A stretch of DNA of 64,000 bases, from the NCBI GenBank assembly GCA_965226375.1, contig CBDDCX010000008.1, positions 96,001 to 160,000 of the forward strand. The letters run 5' to 3'. The DNA is from Longimicrobiales bacterium. GTDB taxonomy: Bacteria; Gemmatimonadota; Gemmatimonadetes; Longimicrobiales; Gaopeijiaceae. The stretch's first letter is position 1, and each line of letters begins with the position of its first letter. Below the pieces are notes generated by a model, which had not been told where the DNA came from, searched no databases, and worked only from the letters and a program-made list of their open reading frames with translations. Both the position numbers and the translations under genes were made by a program. Positions 20,365 through 31,443 of this stretch are shown here, one piece after another.

Positions 20365-21536
20365 CTCGTGTAGCGCGCCGCTTCGGTCGCGAGCGATCCG
20401 GGCGTCCTCCAAGCGAACCGTGAGGCCCACGGGTTTTCCTTGCCCTCCACCACGTCGGCCGTGATCTGCCCGAGCATCGGTGCGAACTTGAATCCGTGCC
20501 CGCTGCCGCCGGCGGCTACGACAAGCCCTTCTCGTTCGGGGTCTCGATCGATCCAGAAATCGCCATCCCACGAGTCGCAGTAGAGGCAGAGGCGCCGCTT
20601 GACGATCGGTGTGTCCGCCGTTCCACCCAACGTCTCCTGAAGGAAGTTTCGGAATTTCTCGTCGTTTTCCCGAGGGACCACTTTGTCACTTCGAGGATCG
20701 AGGCGGATTCCGTCGCCGTGATTGGCCACCTTGAGGACTCCATCCGGTTGAATGGGGAAGCCGTACCAGCCCGTGTTCGCGACATCCGCGCTCCACGGGG
20801 GGAACACCGCCGCATGGAAGGGTGCCGGGTCCGTCGGGCGGAAGTGGTAGACGGGCTGCCCCACGCACCAGAGTGCGTCACCCATCCAGGGCAGCAGGGT
20901 GGGCGTCCACGCGCCCGCGGCCACCACCACCACTTCCGCGGTGAACTCCTCCCCGGCCTCTGTGACGATTCCCGAGACGCGAGATCCGTCGTCGCGGAGG
21001 GCTTTCATGGTCTGTCCTTCCACAAGGCGTATACCGGCCGCTCGCGCCTTGCCCAGGAGCCACGACACCACGTTGCCACTCTCCGCCCACCCGGCCCGGC
21101 GGTTGTAGTAGCCGTCCGGATAACGTTCCTCTCTCCAAGTCGGGAACCGACGGGCGAGATCGCCGGGGGCCAATCTCTCCATGGGATGCCCCAGTCCCGA
21201 CAGCACTTCCCAACTGTCGTGCTCGAAGCCACCGGGGCGCATCTCTTCGCGAGCTAGGATGAGATATCCTGTTTCGTGATAGAGCGTGCGTCCGGCCTCA
21301 GCATTCCACTCGTGCCACCTGTCGATGCACTGGCGAACGAGTTTGGCGTAGAACACGTCGGGGCCGTAGTCGGCGCGGATGACCTTGCTGATATCGGTGG
21401 AGCTGGCGTCCGGATGGGGGAGGGGGCCGGGGTCGACCAGTGTCACCGAGTGCCCACGGGTTCGTAGCTCCAGGGCGGCGGTAACTCCGAACACGCCCCC
21501 GCCGACGATGACCACTGAGTTGTGTTCCACGTGCAT
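20361..21536 (-). CDS. FAD-dependent oxidase, sarcosine/pipecolate/fructosylamine oxidase family
   Basis: GGGVFG, ASSTDISKVIRADY, RLCLYCD, GSGHGFKFAP. Confidence 0.85.
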   Translation of the reverse strand: MHVEHNSVVIVGGGVFGVTAALELRTRGHSVTLVDPGPLPHPDASSTDISKVIRADYGPDVFYAKLVRQCIDRWHEWNAEAGRTLYHETGYLILAREEMRPGGFEHDSWEVLSGLGHPMERLAPGDLARRFPTWREERYPDGYYNRRAGWAESGNVVSWLLGKARAAGIRLVEGQTMKALRDDGSRVSGIVTEAGEEFTAEVVVVAAGAWTPTLLPWMGDALWCVGQPVYHFRPTDPAPFHAAVFPPWSADVANTGWYGFPIQPDGVLKVANHGDGIRLDPRSDKVVPRENDEKFRNFLQETLGGTADTPIVKRRLCLYCDSWDGDFWIDRDPEREGLVVAAGGSGHGFKFAPMLGQITADVVEGKENPWASRFAWRTPGSLATEAARYTS

Positions 21537-21638
21537 GAGTCCCTGGAAGGCCGTTGAAGAAATAGCGGGTCGCTGGAGGTCCTGGCTGTATGGCCTTCGA
21601 CGCACGACCTTGCCCAACCTTCTTCGGGGACAGATGTC

Positions 21639-22607
21639 ATGCAACTTCGGATCCTGACTGCGGACGACATCCGCGCCTGCCTGGACATGCGTGGAGCGAT
21701 CGACGCGATGAGGCCGGCCTTCACGCAACTCTCGTCGGGTGATGCCGTGGTACCCGACCGGCTAGGCGTATCTACAGAGAAGGGAGTGAGCCTGTTCATG
21801 CCCGGGTATCTGCCGGAGGGGCGGCACCTAGCGGCGAAGATCGTCTCGGTGTTCACGGGCAACCGAGACCGCGGTCTACCCGTGATCAATGCGGTAGTGT
21901 TGGTCCTGGACAGTGAGACCGGACTACCGCTCGCCCTCATGGACGGGACCTACCTGACCGCCCTGCGGACCGGGGCGGCGAGTGGCTTGGCCACCGAGGT
22001 GCTCTCCCTTGAAGAGGCTTCCATCCTGGCGGTCTTCGGAGCCGGGCCCCAGGCGCGCACCCAAATCGAAGCCATACGTGCGGTTCGGCCCATAAGCGAG
22101 GTCCGGATCTCATCGCTGTCGGTCGCGGAGTCGGAGGTTCTCGCCGGAGAGATCGAGGGAGTCGAGGTGAGCGTAGCCGACGATCCGGGGCGTGCCGTCG
22201 CGGGGGCACATGTGATCGCTACCGCCACCGATAGTCGTCAGCCGGTGTTTCCCGGGGAGCTCGTGGAGGCGGGAGCCCATGTGAACGCGGTGGGGGCGTT
22301 CACCCCCGGCATGAGGGAGCTGGATGCCGTGCTGGTGGGGCGTGCCAAGGTGGTGGTGGATTCCCGGGCGACGGTCATGGCGGAAGCCGGAGATCTTGTT
22401 CAGGCGATCGATGAGGGCGCGTTTTCCCTCGACCGGATTCATGCCGAGCTGGGCCAGGTCGTGAGCGGCGATCGTCCGGGACGTGAGGATCCGCATGAAG
22501 TGACGCTGTTCAAGTCCGTGGGGAGCGCTGCTCAGGACGTAGCGGCCGCCGGTCGGATTCTGGAGGCCGCGGAGCGGAAGGGGCTTGGGGCAACCGTCGA
22601 AATCTGA
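21639..22607 (+). CDS. Ornithine cyclodeaminase / mu-crystallin family protein
   Basis: LTALRTGAASG, GAGPQA, GAHVNAVGA, TLFKSVG. Confidence 0.9.
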   Translation: MQLRILTADDIRACLDMRGAIDAMRPAFTQLSSGDAVVPDRLGVSTEKGVSLFMPGYLPEGRHLAAKIVSVFTGNRDRGLPVINAVVLVLDSETGLPLALMDGTYLTALRTGAASGLATEVLSLEEASILAVFGAGPQARTQIEAIRAVRPISEVRISSLSVAESEVLAGEIEGVEVSVADDPGRAVAGAHVIATATDSRQPVFPGELVEAGAHVNAVGAFTPGMRELDAVLVGRAKVVVDSRATVMAEAGDLVQAIDEGAFSLDRIHAELGQVVSGDRPGREDPHEVTLFKSVGSAAQDVAAAGRILEAAERKGLGATVEI

Positions 22608-22721
22608 CCACCAGGTCGCACGATCCGAGTCAGGGCCTCTCGAAATGTTCTCGCGCCTCGCCGACAAGCGGCCTAACTTGGGCGATGCTGGCCACTCGTT
22701 CCCCCCAAAGACGACCGCCAA

Positions 22722-24087
22722 GTGACCCAAGACGACAACCGCGAGCTCAAGGGATGGGCGCGCTCCATCGATTCCCTCTTCGACGACTCGGAGGCGCGGT
22801 CCGACGACCTGGCGGAGGCCGACTTGGAGCAGGCACCTACCCCGGGGGGCGACCAGCCTGAAGTGGATGAGGTGGAGACACCGGATCACACCCTCGAGTT
22901 CGGTGAGTTCCCGGAGCTCGTGGCTGAGCCGGAGGTCGCCGAGCCAGAGGTGGCTGAGCCGGAGGTCGCCGAGCCAGAGGTGTCCGAGCCAGAGGTGTCC
23001 GAGCCAGAGGTGTCCGAGCCAGAGGTGCCTGAGCCCGAGCTGCCTGAACCTCCGAGCGATGAGGTGCCCGCTGCGGCGGAGCCTGATTCCGACGAGCCCG
23101 AGGAGGAGCCGCGCTCCCCTGTGGAGCTTCAGCTCGAGGCGGCCGTCTCCGGCTATCTGACGGGCACCTCCGAGCAGCGCCCATCACTCGAGGGACCGCT
23201 CCGTGAGGCTGTGGAGGCGGCACGCGCTGCGAACGCGCTCGACGGTCTGGCCAGGGCGATGAACTCTCTTCTGGCCCAGCCGGTCCCCGATCCGAACGCT
23301 GAGACCCTGGCGGTGGACCTCATGAACGCCGCCACTCAAATGCGGATGGCCATCCTTCTCGGGGGCGTTCGGGACGAGCATGAGCGGTCGAACCTCGTGC
23401 AAGCCTACGCCAAGCTCGGCGATCCCATGGCGACTGCCATCGCCGACGCGCTCACCGAGACCGACGATCGCCTGGCGCGGAAGACCTACGTGACGGCTCT
23501 GGTGGCCCTTGGACAGTCCGGCATGCGAGTCGTCGAGGCGATGCTCGAGGACTCACGGTGGTTCGTTGCGCGCAATGGTGTGGCGGTCCTGGGGGAGGTC
23601 GGGGGCGACACGGCCATCGCCCACCTCACTGGTACGCTGGCGCATGAGGACGCGAGGGTGCGTCGGGAGACGGTGCAGTCTCTGGCCAAATTCGGCGGAG
23701 AGGATGCCGCGCTACTGGTTTTGGGCATGCTCAACGATTCGGACCCCGATGTCCGGGCCACCGCGGCTCGAGGTGTCTCGGTCTTGAAGGTGGAGCGGGC
23801 CCACAGACCCCTCATGGACATTCTCGAGAAGGGCGACGAGGATACCGTGGTCGAGCAAGTCGTACGGGCTTTGGGCCAGCTCGGTGATCCCTTTGCCGTC
23901 CCGCTCATCGAGAAGCGGGCTGTGGGGTCTTTCTTCTACAAGCCATCTGTAGAGGTTCGGGTCGCTGCCCTGTCCGCGCTTGCGGCTATCGGTACGCCCC
24001 ACGCCATGAGCGTCGTCGAGGGTGCCACGGACGACAAGGACGCCAAGATCCGTGCGGGTCGTCCAACAGATTCTCTCTGGCAAGTAA
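22722..24087 (+). CDS. HEAT-repeat protein with acidic repeat N-terminus; probable true stop 24087 if one extra G near 24056 is removed (as given the ORF runs to 24218)
   Basis: [24 protein letters not shown] repeats; corrected end [13 protein letters not shown] removes a 90-bp overlap with the convergent gene. Confidence 0.75.
22920..23050 (+). repeat. 15-bp coding tandem repeat encoding (A/S/P)EPEV about 8 times
   Basis: GAGCCAGAGGTGTCC-type units. Confidence 0.9.
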
Positions 24088-24127
24088 ACCCCGACTCTCG
24101 TAGTCCCTTTCGGGCCCCGTCTCGTAT

Positions 24128-25225
24128 TCAGGCGATTCTCAGCACCCGATTGAGCGTGCGCGCCAGTTTCAGACCCTCCCTGATCTCGTGCCGGAACGAC
24201 GAGAGACGCCCGCCCTGATCCGAGTGTGAGAAGAAGGCCGTGATGGTCGTGTCGACACTCTGTTCTGGCGAGAAGGACGCCTGCATCCGAAGGCTCTCGG
24301 TATATGGAATGAGGTGGTCGTCCTCTCCATGGATGAGGTGGACGGGCGTGCGGATTCCGGCCAGGTAGGGGAGTGGGTTCATCAGGGGCGACGACTCCCT
24401 GACGGCCTCAGCCAGTTTGCTCGCGATGTTTTCCGCTCCGCTCAGGTCGGGCTCATGATCTGACGCAGGAGCGAACAGATCGAACAACACAGTGTGCTCC
24501 GGCGCCACCTGGCTCCTGAGCTCGGTTTTCAGAACGTCGTACGAGGGATCCCAGGCGAGGATGCGCCGCTCCCCGGCCTCCACAGCGAGGCGCCAGAGTG
24601 CCTGCGCGACGTCTTCTGCCTCTCGATACTCGGGAATCGAGGTCAGATGATTACCACCGATGATCCAGCGTCCGTACGGATCAGGGCGGATGCGATGTGT
24701 CACTCCCTCCCATTCGTGCTCCCCCGTCATCTGGAAGCGCACCATCCGTTCCATGTCGCAGTAGCCCCCAAAGCCCACGGCACCTCCCAACTGCTCGGCG
24801 ATGTCGTCGTGGGAAGCCGCGATCATGACCTGGGGGGCGCCGAAGGAGAACCCGATGATTCCGTACGGCCCGTCGTTGGTGGCCTCGAGGTGGCGGAGCC
24901 CGTCCAACGCGCCTCGTACGGTTGGGAGCGTGACCTCCGGGGCCAGACGCAGATTCTTCCACTCGGGCACCTGCGGGACGAGCACGGCGACGCCTGATGA
25001 CGCGAGAGCGCGGACGAAGCGAAGGAGATTCGGGTGGAATCGGCCGGGTCGAGTGATGCCGTGGAGAACGATCCACCCGGGCAAGTTCCGATCGCTCCCC
25101 CGCGGCAGGATGACCGACGCCGGGACCTCTCGGTCGCCCCGATTCAAGACCGTCTCGGACTCGCTCGTGGCGGCCCTGCCGGTGAGCCAGCTCTTGACGG
25201 CTCGGAATGTTCGGACGGTACCCAT
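24128..25225 (-). CDS. Alpha/beta-hydrolase fold protein
   Basis: VLHGIT, GFSFG nucleophile elbow, [14 protein letters not shown]. Confidence 0.75.
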   Translation of the reverse strand: MGTVRTFRAVKSWLTGRAATSESETVLNRGDREVPASVILPRGSDRNLPGWIVLHGITRPGRFHPNLLRFVRALASSGVAVLVPQVPEWKNLRLAPEVTLPTVRGALDGLRHLEATNDGPYGIIGFSFGAPQVMIAASHDDIAEQLGGAVGFGGYCDMERMVRFQMTGEHEWEGVTHRIRPDPYGRWIIGGNHLTSIPEYREAEDVAQALWRLAVEAGERRILAWDPSYDVLKTELRSQVAPEHTVLFDLFAPASDHEPDLSGAENIASKLAEAVRESSPLMNPLPYLAGIRTPVHLIHGEDDHLIPYTESLRMQASFSPEQSVDTTITAFFSHSDQGGRLSSFRHEIREGLKLARTLNRVLRIA

Positions 25226-25303
25226 GTGCCGGAAGCTACGAGTCGGGCGGAGGGCGCCGCCACCCATCCCCCTGCATGCTTGCGCTGGGCTGGGGGGGCG
25301 AAC

Positions 25304-26575
25304 ATGATCCGACCGATGACCATAGGACGACGGAGCTTTCTTCAGACTGCCGGGGCTGCGGCCCTGGCGTGGCCTCGCGCGATTGCCGCGCTCGGCCGAG
25401 ACCTCCAGGGGGGTGGAGCTCCCGGTGATGAGGAGTTCTGGGATCTCGTCCGCGGCCAGTTCCTCATCCCCAGTGACCGCATCTACCTGAACAACGGGAC
25501 CCTGGGACCCTCTCCCAGCGTGGTCGTCGAGGCGGTCGCTGAGCACACCCGCCGCGTGGCCGCGACCTATCCGCCCGGCGTCCGTTGGGACGACCTCAAG
25601 GGTGCTTTGGGAGCGCTCCTCGATGCCGACCCGGAGGGCTTTGTATTCCCCAGGAATACTACCGAGGCCATGAACTTCGTGGCCAACGGCCTCGAGCTGA
25701 ATACGGGTGACGAGGTGGTCATCACTGACCACGAACACATCGGCGGATACAAGCCCTGGGAGCTGGTGTGCGCTCGTCGCCGAGCCTCGCTGGTGACGGC
25801 TCACCTCCCGACGCCGGCCCGGTCGCCCGGCGAGCTACGGGCTGCCGTGCTGGCGGCCTGCACTCTCCGTACGCGGGTGTTGGCTCTCTCGCACGTCACC
25901 TTCACGACCGGCACCGTGCTGCCCATCGCCGAGCTCGCCCGGGAATGCCGGGACCGGTCGATCATCTTGGCGGTAGATGGCGCGCACCCGCCCGGCATGC
26001 TCCGGGTCAGCCTCCGCGATCTCGGAGGGGACTTCTACGCTTCGTCACCTCACAAGTGGCTCCTCGCTCCTCAGGGGACGGGGCTGCTCTACATGGCGAG
26101 CGACTGGCGGACTCGGCTTTGGCCGACTCTCGCGTCGGGCGGTTGGGACGACCTCGATCTCGGTGCCCATCGCTTCAATCATTTGGGGACCTTCGACGAG
26201 TCGCGCCTTGCCGGCCTCCTGGCGGCCGTCGAATTCCATGGCGTGCTCGGAGTCGACCGCATCGAGGATCGCGTGCGTCACCTCCGCACACTCCTGCAAA
26301 CCGGCCTCGAGGCGTTGCCGGGCGTGGAGATCGCGTCGCCGCAGGGCGAGGAGCTGTCGTCCGCCATGGTGTCGTTCAAGATGGAGGGCGTCGACTCCCT
26401 CGCGCTCCAGAGGCATTTGAGTCGCACAGCCAAGATTCGTACGCGGGTCATCAGCGAGTACGACTACGGTTGGATGCGCCTGTCCACTCACATCTACAAC
26501 CGCCCCGCGGACCTGGACCGAATCCTGGAGCTTCTCGATCGGGTGGGTCGCGAGGGACTGCCGTCCGGTGCGTGA
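25304..26575 (+). CDS. PLP-dependent class V aminotransferase (isopenicillin N epimerase-like) with Tat signal
   Basis: RRSFLQ; YLNNGTLG, RNTTEA, VDGAH, SPHKWL. Confidence 0.85.
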   Translation: MIRPMTIGRRSFLQTAGAAALAWPRAIAALGRDLQGGGAPGDEEFWDLVRGQFLIPSDRIYLNNGTLGPSPSVVVEAVAEHTRRVAATYPPGVRWDDLKGALGALLDADPEGFVFPRNTTEAMNFVANGLELNTGDEVVITDHEHIGGYKPWELVCARRRASLVTAHLPTPARSPGELRAAVLAACTLRTRVLALSHVTFTTGTVLPIAELARECRDRSIILAVDGAHPPGMLRVSLRDLGGDFYASSPHKWLLAPQGTGLLYMASDWRTRLWPTLASGGWDDLDLGAHRFNHLGTFDESRLAGLLAAVEFHGVLGVDRIEDRVRHLRTLLQTGLEALPGVEIASPQGEELSSAMVSFKMEGVDSLALQRHLSRTAKIRTRVISEYDYGWMRLSTHIYNRPADLDRILELLDRVGREGLPSGA

Positions 26576-26669
26576 CGCAACGGGTGGCATACGGAACCGT
26601 GGCCGTCGGACGGGCTACAAGTGCCTGCAAGTCCGGTCGCGCGTATCAATTCTCAAGACAGGGTGGGGG

Positions 26670-28856
26670 ATGACGGGCTATCGACCGCCGTACAGAGCCG
26701 GTGCTCTCGTGGGAGCAGCGGTCTTCGCTCTTTACGCTTTGACCCTGGCACCGACCACGGGCTGGTGGGACGCGAGCGAGTATATCACCACGGGGCATCT
26801 GCTGGGGATCCCACACCCACCGGGAAATCCGCTGTTCGTATCGATCGCACGCACCTGGAGTCTGCTCCTGGCGCCCCTGGGACTACCGGTGGCCGTCCGT
26901 ATCAACCTGTTGGCGGCGGTCACGAGCGCGACGGCCACGTTCTTCTTCTTCCTGATCGGACACCGGATTCTCTCGGCCGTACTCGAAGAGCGTTGGATGG
27001 CCATTCTGGGTGCCGCTTCGGGAGCCCTTATGGGCGCCACCGCGTACACGGTGTGGAATCAGTCGAATGTCAACGAGAAGGTCTACACCTTGAGCGTGAC
27101 GGTCGTCGCAGCCGCATCTTGGCTGGTCCTCCGGTGGTATGACCGTCAGGACGAACCTGCCGGCCTGCGGGCGCTCCTGGTCGCGATCTACCTGATGGTC
27201 CTCGGGGCCGCGAACCATCTCATGTCGGTGCTGCCGGCACCCGCTATCGGCCTCTTCGTGCTTGTGGCGGGCCCGGCGGTTCTGCTGACCGCGAAATTCT
27301 GGGTCCGTGCCGTGCCGCTGGTGATTCTGGGCTTGTCGTTCAACGTCTTCCTTCCCATTCGCGCCGCTCAGGACCCCATTATCAACGAGGGCGATCCTGT
27401 CTGCGAATCTGCCGCTGAGGTGGCGGTAGCCATCTACAGCAACGGCAAGGCCGGTTGTGAGGCGTTGGCCTCCTCGCTGAGTCGGGAACAGTACGCCAAG
27501 CCGCCCGCCAGCGAGCGCCAGGCTCCGTTTCGGGATCAGCTGCTCAACTACTTCCAGTACTTCGACTGGCAGTGGGCGAGAGGCGCCGACCTCGGGTCGC
27601 TGCCCATGGGGGCGCGTCTGCCTGCGACCATGCTGTTCATGGCCTTGGGGTTCATGGGCCTTCTCGTGGTTTGGCGAGCGGACCGAAACATCTTCGCCTA
27701 TCTGGTGACGCTTACCGGCACGGTCACGTTGGGGTTGGTCGTGTACTTGAACTTCAAGTACGGATTCTCGCTCGCTCCACACGTGACGGATCGACTGGCG
27801 CATGAGGTGCGTGAACGCGACTACTTCTTCGTGGCCAGCTTCATTTTGTGGGGCAACCTGTCCGGGCTCGGTCTGGCTGGCTTCTGGTCGGGTCTCGCGG
27901 ATCAATGGGGCGGTGGCGCCGCCTACAAGAAGGCTGCTCCGATCTTTCTTATCGCGCTGATCCCGCTCGTGTACAACTGGACCTGGGCCAACCGGGCAGG
28001 GGACTACGCCCCGAGGGATTGGGCGTACGATCTTCTGATGAGCGTGGAGCCCTACGGCATCCTCTTCACCAACGGGGATAACGATACGTTCCCGCTCTGG
28101 TACTTGCAGGAGATCGAAGGGATTCGGAAGGACGTGAGCGTCATCGTCATCCAGTACCTCTACACCGACTGGTATCCGAAGCAGCTCCGAGACCTGACTG
28201 AGCCTGAGCGACAGAGGCCCTTCGACGAGGAGTTTGCGGCGGGCCTATACCCCTCCACGCCGATTCCTGATTCCTCCATCACGAGGGCGAGCGACGAGAT
28301 TCTCGATGCCGTGGGTTCGGGCCGGATTCCCGACGATCTGGACCTGCCGCTCGGCGACGTGGTCGTCACCTATCCGGCGGGTGCGTACCTGGACCGTGGC
28401 CATCGGCTGGCGCTCAGCTTCATCCACGACTCCATCGGGCAGCGACCGGTCTACTTTGCGAGCGTGGCCGGGCTGTTGGGTGATCTCGGCCTGCAGGACT
28501 GGGGAGTCCGTCACGGTCTCACCACCAAATTGGTGATGCGGGACTTGGATGCCGAGTCACCGGAGGGGTTGGCTCAGGGCAGCGATCGAATGGGCGGCGA
28601 ATGGTTCGACATCGACCGGAATCTCACGCTTGTAAACGACGTCTATCAGTACCGCGGGATCCGGGACCGGGAGATTTGGCAGGATCGCAGCACGCTGAAC
28701 ATCCCTTTGCACTATCAGTTTCTCTTCGTCCAGCTCGCCGACGCTGCTGCCCTCGCCGGCCGACCGACCGATCTTGTGAACGACTTGGCCGCGGAGGCTG
28801 CAGCATTCCGGACGACCGCCTTGGGAGGCCGACGCTACCTTCCGTCGGAGCAATAG
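26670..28856 (+). CDS. DUF2723 (TMEM260-like) membrane glycosyltransferase-like protein
   Basis: WDASEYI...GIPHPPGNPLF, EVRERDYFF, FTNGDNDTFPLWYLQE. Confidence 0.88.
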   Translation: MTGYRPPYRAGALVGAAVFALYALTLAPTTGWWDASEYITTGHLLGIPHPPGNPLFVSIARTWSLLLAPLGLPVAVRINLLAAVTSATATFFFFLIGHRILSAVLEERWMAILGAASGALMGATAYTVWNQSNVNEKVYTLSVTVVAAASWLVLRWYDRQDEPAGLRALLVAIYLMVLGAANHLMSVLPAPAIGLFVLVAGPAVLLTAKFWVRAVPLVILGLSFNVFLPIRAAQDPIINEGDPVCESAAEVAVAIYSNGKAGCEALASSLSREQYAKPPASERQAPFRDQLLNYFQYFDWQWARGADLGSLPMGARLPATMLFMALGFMGLLVVWRADRNIFAYLVTLTGTVTLGLVVYLNFKYGFSLAPHVTDRLAHEVRERDYFFVASFILWGNLSGLGLAGFWSGLADQWGGGAAYKKAAPIFLIALIPLVYNWTWANRAGDYAPRDWAYDLLMSVEPYGILFTNGDNDTFPLWYLQEIEGIRKDVSVIVIQYLYTDWYPKQLRDLTEPERQRPFDEEFAAGLYPSTPIPDSSITRASDEILDAVGSGRIPDDLDLPLGDVVVTYPAGAYLDRGHRLALSFIHDSIGQRPVYFASVAGLLGDLGLQDWGVRHGLTTKLVMRDLDAESPEGLAQGSDRMGGEWFDIDRNLTLVNDVYQYRGIRDREIWQDRSTLNIPLHYQFLFVQLADAAALAGRPTDLVNDLAAEAAAFRTTALGGRRYLPSEQ

Positions 28857-28967
28857 GCACGGGCGGCTGATCACCCCCCTCCTCCCACGGCCGGCTGGGA
28901 ACCCGAGTCCCGTGGGGGGGTGCAACTCCGCCGGAGCACCACCCCTTTCGACGAAAGAGCCGCGACC

Positions 28968-30158
28968 TTGGCAGATCGGCGTATTTCCGAGCTAGAGCCG
29001 GCCGAGCTGACACGATATGCCCGTCACCTGTCCCTACCCGAAGTGGGACTCGAGGGTCAGCAACGCCTCAAGGGCGCTCGCGTGCTGGTTGTGGGAGCGG
29101 GTGGTCTGGGCTCTCCCTTGGCCCTGTACCTGGCGGCGGCGGGAATCGGCACCCTGGGCCTGGTGGATTTCGACGAGGTGGACGCCTCCAACCTTCAGCG
29201 GCAGATCCTGCACGGCACCAAGGACATCGGTCGGGATAAGCTCGCATCGGCCCAGGAGCGGCTGGCCGACGTCAATCCGCACGTAGATGTGGTGTCACAT
29301 CCGGTGCGCTTGAGTTCCGACAACGCGTTGGAGATCCTGGAGCCCTACGACGTCGTGGTGGACGGAACCGACAACTTTCCGACACGCTATCTGGTCAACG
29401 ACGCGTGCGTGCTCCTGGGCAAACCCAATGTCTACGGCTCGATCTTTCGCTGGGAAGGGCAGGTCTCGGTCTTCGCACACGATGACGGCCCCTGCTATCG
29501 ATGCCTCTTCCGCGAGCCTCCCCCTCCGGGCCTCGTGCCCAACTGTGCGGAGGCTGGGGTTCTCGGGGTGCTTCCGGGGGTCATCGGCTCGCTCCAGGCG
29601 TTGGAAGTCATCAAGCTCATCCTCGGCGCCGGTGCCTCACTCAGCGGGCGGCTCCTTATCTTCGACGCCCTGGATTTGAGCTGGAGAGAGGTAGCGTTGC
29701 GACGAAACCCGGACTGCCCGGTCTGTGGTGACGCTCCGACCCAGACCGGCCTCATCGACTACGAGGACTTTTGTGGACTCCGCTTTCGGGAGACGGACAT
29801 GACTCAGGATGAGGTACAGGAGTTACCTGCGACCTTCGGCGAGGTCGGGCCCCAGCAACTGAAACAGCGTCTCGTGGGAGCCGATCCACCGCTGCTCCTC
29901 GACGTCAGGGAGCCCTTCGAGTGGGACATTGTGAGCCTGAAGGAGTTCGAAGAGGTGCGGGTCCCACTCGGTCAGCTGTCTGAGCGGATGAACGAGGTAC
30001 CCGCGGAGCGAGACATCGTGGTGTACTGTCGATCCGGGGCGCGAAGTCGCGTGGCGGCCACCTCGTTGGTGGAGGCAGGCTTCCGGCGCGTGGACAACCT
30101 TACGGGTGGAGTGCTCGCCTGGGCGGACGAGATCGACCCGAGCCTCCCCAGGTACTAG
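28968..30158 (+). CDS. moeB: Molybdopterin-synthase adenylyltransferase MoeB/MoeZ (ThiF plus rhodanese)
   Basis: RYARHL, GAGGLGSP, SNLQRQ, CYRC...NCAEAGVLG, CPVC, YCRSGARS. Confidence 0.9.
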   Translation: MADRRISELEPAELTRYARHLSLPEVGLEGQQRLKGARVLVVGAGGLGSPLALYLAAAGIGTLGLVDFDEVDASNLQRQILHGTKDIGRDKLASAQERLADVNPHVDVVSHPVRLSSDNALEILEPYDVVVDGTDNFPTRYLVNDACVLLGKPNVYGSIFRWEGQVSVFAHDDGPCYRCLFREPPPPGLVPNCAEAGVLGVLPGVIGSLQALEVIKLILGAGASLSGRLLIFDALDLSWREVALRRNPDCPVCGDAPTQTGLIDYEDFCGLRFRETDMTQDEVQELPATFGEVGPQQLKQRLVGADPPLLLDVREPFEWDIVSLKEFEEVRVPLGQLSERMNEVPAERDIVVYCRSGARSRVAATSLVEAGFRRVDNLTGGVLAWADEIDPSLPRY

Positions 30159-30165
30159 AAGGCTG

Positions 30166-31443
30166 TTGGACACCCCATCGCATCCGCGCATCGTGGTCGT
30201 CGGTGCGGGCTTTGGCGGTCTCTGGGCTACACGGCGCTTGATTCGGCACGGGTTCGCCGTGACCCTGCTCGATCGGAACAACTACCACACGTTCTTCCCG
30301 CTGCTCTACCAAGTGGCCGCCGCCGAGCTCAGCCCTGGAGAGATCGCCTACCCTATCAGGAGTCTCTTCCGTGGGGAGCCGCTGGTCGACTTCCGGAAGG
30401 CTGAACTGATCGAGCTCGATCTCGTGACGAGGAGCATCGTCACCGATACGGGTGCCCTGCGATACGACTACCTGATCCTTGCCCCGGGTAGCGTCCCGAA
30501 TTTCTTCGGCGTCGAAGGCGCCGTGAGCTATTCATTTCCGCTCCGAACCATGGACGACGCCATTCCCCTGCGCTACCACGTGCTGGCCTGCTTCGAGCGT
30601 GCGGCTCAGGCGTCGGACCCGGAGGAGCGTCGGGCCCTACTCCGGTTCGCTATCGTAGGGGGAGGGCACACCGGAGTGGAATACGCGGGGGCGCTGGCAG
30701 AGCTGATCTATGGCCCACTCCTGAAGGACTATCACGAGATCTCCGCCGATGAAGTGGACGTGACGATTCTGGAGGGAGGAGAGAGGCTCCTTCCGGGCAT
30801 GCCGGTACGCCTACAGGAGTATGCGCGGGCACGTCTCGAGAAACGGGGCGTCACGGTCCGGCTCGGCTCACCCGTTCTCGCGGTCCGACCGGATGCAGCC
30901 GTCACGAGCGGGCAAGGAGAGCTCCCGACCCACACGGTCGTGTGGGCCGCAGGCGTCCAGGGTGATCCCATGGCCGGCCGGTGGGGCCTTCCCATCGGGC
31001 CGTCAGGACGGGTGCCGGTCGAGCCGACGCTACAGGTGTCGGGACATCCGGAGGTGTTCGTGGTCGGAGACATGGCCTACCTCGAGGCGAACGGAAATCC
31101 TCTGCCCCAGGTGGCCCAGGTCGCTCTTCAGCAGGGGAGCACGGCCGCCGATAGCATCGCGTGCATGATTGTCGGGGAGGAGCCGGTGACGTTCACCTAT
31201 AAGGATCTGGGCGTTCTGGCAGTGGTCGGGCGAAACGCTGCCGTGGCTAGTCTGTGGGGACGGTCCTTCACCGGGCTGGCGGCGTGGGTCCTGTGGCTCA
31301 CGATCCACTTGGCGTGGCTGATAGGATTCCGCAACCGGGCGTTGGTGTTGGTGAACTGGGCCTGGAACTACGTGTTCTATAGACGGGCCGTCCGTCTGAT
31401 CCTACCGGAAGCCACGAGGCGCCCCGGCACCACTGAGGCCTAG
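30166..31443 (+). CDS. ndh: Type II NADH dehydrogenase-like FAD oxidoreductase
   Basis: [31 protein letters not shown]. Confidence 0.85.
   Translation: MDTPSHPRIVVVGAGFGGLWATRRLIRHGFAVTLLDRNNYHTFFPLLYQVAAAELSPGEIAYPIRSLFRGEPLVDFRKAELIELDLVTRSIVTDTGALRYDYLILAPGSVPNFFGVEGAVSYSFPLRTMDDAIPLRYHVLACFERAAQASDPEERRALLRFAIVGGGHTGVEYAGALAELIYGPLLKDYHEISADEVDVTILEGGERLLPGMPVRLQEYARARLEKRGVTVRLGSPVLAVRPDAAVTSGQGELPTHTVVWAAGVQGDPMAGRWGLPIGPSGRVPVEPTLQVSGHPEVFVVGDMAYLEANGNPLPQVAQVALQQGSTAADSIACMIVGEEPVTFTYKDLGVLAVVGRNAAVASLWGRSFTGLAAWVLWLTIHLAWLIGFRNRALVLVNWAWNYVFYRRAVRLILPEATRRPGTTEA

Noticed and set aside
22920..23050. Tandem repeats as a CRISPR array
   Set aside because: Spacerless in-frame 15-bp coding units and no cas genes
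24128..25804. 558-aa version of the hydrolase and 513-aa version of the aminotransferase
   Set aside because: The N-terminal extensions are antisense overlaps of the divergent gene; real starts are near 25225 and 25304
28968..30158. ThiF/E1-like gene as part of a ubiquitin-like defence system with the PafA fragment
   Set aside because: Ordinary MoeB-rhodanese in housekeeping context, 26 kb away, with no E2, JAB or Ubl neighbours
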